Assembly (NCBI GenBank): GCA_965112735.1
Contig: OZ218961.1
Span: 2,542,001-2,606,000, forward strand
DNA from: Phaeosaccion multiseriatum
Lineage: Eukaryota; Protista; Ochrophyta, other classes
Direction: 5' to 3'
DNA length: 64,000 nt
Shown in pieces: positions 61,651-64,000 of this stretch. Below the pieces are notes generated by a model. That model was not told the DNA's origin and did no database searches. It was given only the letters and a program-made list of their open reading frames with translations. Numbering within the stretch: the first letter of the stretch is position 1; the number at the start of each line of letters is the position of its first letter. A program made the position numbers and the translations under genes.

Positions 61651-62905
61651 TCACACCATTGTGGAACCCTCCTCCCTATACTGTATCGGCTGCTGCGGAT
61701 ACTGAGGCTGAACGTATTGCGGCTGTGCATAGGGGGCCTGCGTGGAGCCCGGCTGGGCTGGGGCCGCCGTAACCACCTGGGGCACGTAAGGCGGCTGTGC
61801 ACCGCCTCCCTCCTGGAGCCGTCGATGCTCCTTCAGAAGAGGGATGAGCGCGGCCGTAAAGGTAAGGGCCCGGAAGTAGAGGACGGCACTGGAAGGGAGG
61901 AGGAGGGAGGGGGAGAGGGGGGAGGGGAGTGGAGAAAGTCGCAGTCAGAGGAAGGAAGAGGAGGGAGGGAGGGGGGGGGGGTGTTTTCGTGCCTTGTGGA
62001 TACGTTTGCGTATGTGTGCAGAAAAGATAAGTCAACGAACGCCGCTCTTCTCTCCTCTCCTCCCGAGGCATCGGGTCAGTCGCATACGAACACACATAGA
62101 GCCATACACACACATACATACACTCTCTCACACACATGCATACATACACATACACACACATACACTCTCTCTCACACACATGCATACATGCACATACACA
62201 CACATGCACACAAATACACATATCATACACATACACACAGAGGTGCTGAGTGAGTGACTTACAAGAGGATGCTGTACACCACGCCCCAAAAGGCGCCTAC
62301 GCTGCCGTACAAGAAGGCATAGAGGATCTGGAGGATCATGAGCAGCATGCACAATATCTTGTAGGTAGTGAGGTAGGTGCAGCTACCGCAGCAGGGAGGA
62401 TCAACTGTGGGAGAGGGGGTGAGGGGGTGAGGGGGTGACGAACGGGGTGAGGGAATGAGGTGAGTTTCCGACGTGTCTTTTGGCTAGCCTCCAGTTTAGA
62501 TTCAGTTTTCCTCAAAGTTTTCGTCGAAGGAGCGCAGGGGGGAGGGTGAATGTGGAAAGCAAGTACGGGGGTGTGAGTGTGTGAGAGAGAGGGAGGTAGA
62601 GGGAAGAAAGAGAGGAGAGAGAGTATCACAGTGACACATACAGAGAGAGATAGTGGTAGAGAGAAGGGTAGAGAGAGATGGAGAGACAGAGAGATACGGT
62701 GAGGTGACGAGGTATGGTCGTGTGTACTCACGGTCTCTGACGCCCTTCGCGGCACAATAGAAGAGCAGGACGGACAGCATAATCGCGACAACGAAGTTGA
62801 TCAACACGTCCGTAGTCTCACTGTAGTTGTAGTAAGCTTCCGTTGCCACCGTGATGATGCCAGTCGCAATCTGGAGATAGAGGATAGTCGACGCTGTGTA
62901 GAGGA

Positions 62906-62963
<58 letters not shown>

Positions 62964-63378
62964 GAGGGAACGAGAGAGAAGGGGGGATGAGGTGCGACAA
63001 AGTACCTGTCTTTTGGGGTCCATACACGACATGTATAGACACGCTCACACAAGACGCACACACGCCCACACACGGAGCGTGGCCCCCTGGAGGACTTGGA
63101 TAGATGAAAGAGCAGAAATTCCCCGACGCACCGAGTTGTAGCACCATTCTGGACAGATACAGCACCCTTGGGTCGCTGTAGGGGGTTTGCACGTGCATAG
63201 GCAGGCTTAACTGGTTTGGGAACACAGAGATGCGGCTGGCCTGTTGGCTATAAACCTGCTGAGGCTGCCCGATGGGTGCCGCGACTGGGGCTGTTGTGGG
63301 GGCCGTTGGTGGCGGTTGCTGTCCGGGAATCCTCTGCTGTTCTACCCATTGCATATGGTCAGGCTGAGGCTGTGCCAT
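61651..63378 (-). CDS. Four-TM membrane protein of unknown function with P/Q/Y-rich termini. Exons 63378-63132, 62893-62732, 62404-62263, 61888-61651
   Basis: Frame-consistent splicing gives hydrophobic helices (ASTILYLQIATGIITVA; VLINFVVAIMLSVLLFYCA; YKILCMLLMILQILYAFLY; AFWGVVYSILFAVLYF) and a DPPCCGSC loop. Confidence 0.7.
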
Positions 63379-63629
63379 CGTGATAGCCTATTACGGTAGC
63401 TAGCGTAACGTTTACTCTTCTTCACCCAGGTCGGGATCTTGCTTCTTTATCGGATTTTTGGAGGCGATAGGAATAAGTTTCAGTTTCAGGTCGATTCCTG
63501 CCTTCCTCCTCCTCAAGATCCGCATCCGATCCAAAAATAACAACTCAGCTCATCCAGATCGCCAAAAAAAAAAAAACTTACCTTGAGCAGACGACAACAG
63601 CGGCGGTCCCTTTTAATTCTCAACAGGCG

Positions 63630-63932
63630 ATGAAGGCAACCACAGCAGCCGCAGCAGCGGTCCTTGTCATGGCGAGGACTTCCTCTGCCTTCCTGACCCC
63701 CGTGGCTCTCAACTCGGCCACCTCGCGCAGCGCTTCTGGCACACAGCTCAAGATGACCACGGCTGTGTTTGGGGCAACGGGCCTCACTGGGGGCGAGTGT
63801 GCGTATCAGCTACTGAAGCGAGGGGAGAAGGTCGTGGCGCTTTGCCGGGACCCATCAAAGCTGACCACCCCCCTCGGCAGCACTGGGGATGGGGAGGCAC
63901 CCCTCAAGGATGACAACCTCACAGCCGTCCAG
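63630..63932 (+). CDS. Plastid-targeted NAD(P)-binding Rossmann-fold protein (atypical SDR / flavin-reductase-like), first exon only
   Basis: Presequence ...ARTSSA|FLTP; TAVFGATGLTGGECAYQLLKRGEKVVALCRDPSKL (GxxGxxG); donor CAG|GTCCG at ~63932. Confidence 0.85.
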
Positions 63933-64000
63933 GTCCGTCCTCATTCATTCCGGGGAATGGGGTGCGCTGTGTTTTTGTACAACAGATAAGAAAGACGATG

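Noticed and set aside
1-64000. tRNA/rRNA genes, transposase or reverse transcriptase ORFs, viral genes
   Set aside because: None recognised by eye; a tRNAscan/Rfam/HMM scan would be needed to exclude them.

Overview
Eukaryotic, intron-rich genomic DNA with GT-AG introns packed with microsatellites. It most likely comes from a flagellated photosynthetic stramenopile (ochrophyte alga): there are bipartite 'A|F' plastid presequences and an IFT70 gene, but the species cannot be named from this window. I reconstructed about 13 spliced genes by hand: a WSC-domain protein (partial), a signal peptide-TPR-GT41(OGT/SPINDLY-like)-GT2 fusion, CMC2, COX7A-like, DDX6/Dhh1, a YacP/NYN RNase, plastid bS21, IFT70/TTC30, a large PPR protein, RPL39, a TAF4-like protein, a Cys-rich/CUE/KH-KH/SAM/RING protein, a 4-TM protein and a plastid NAD(P)-binding protein (partial). 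Most ORFs in the supplied track are microsatellite artefacts. Structure the genes do not explain: (1) a dispersed motif CAG-TTGGTGATA-CAG with at least 16 exact cores, in exons in several frames and both orientations and also in introns and UTRs; (2) a 114-bp-arm fold-back apparently made from PPR-like coding sequence directly upstream of the PPR gene; (3) two MITE-like elements; (4) an intron with long terminal inverted repeats; (5) a shared TTTCAGTTTC box in three compact divergent promoters; (6) a small dispersed repeat family. All coordinates and counts were read by eye.
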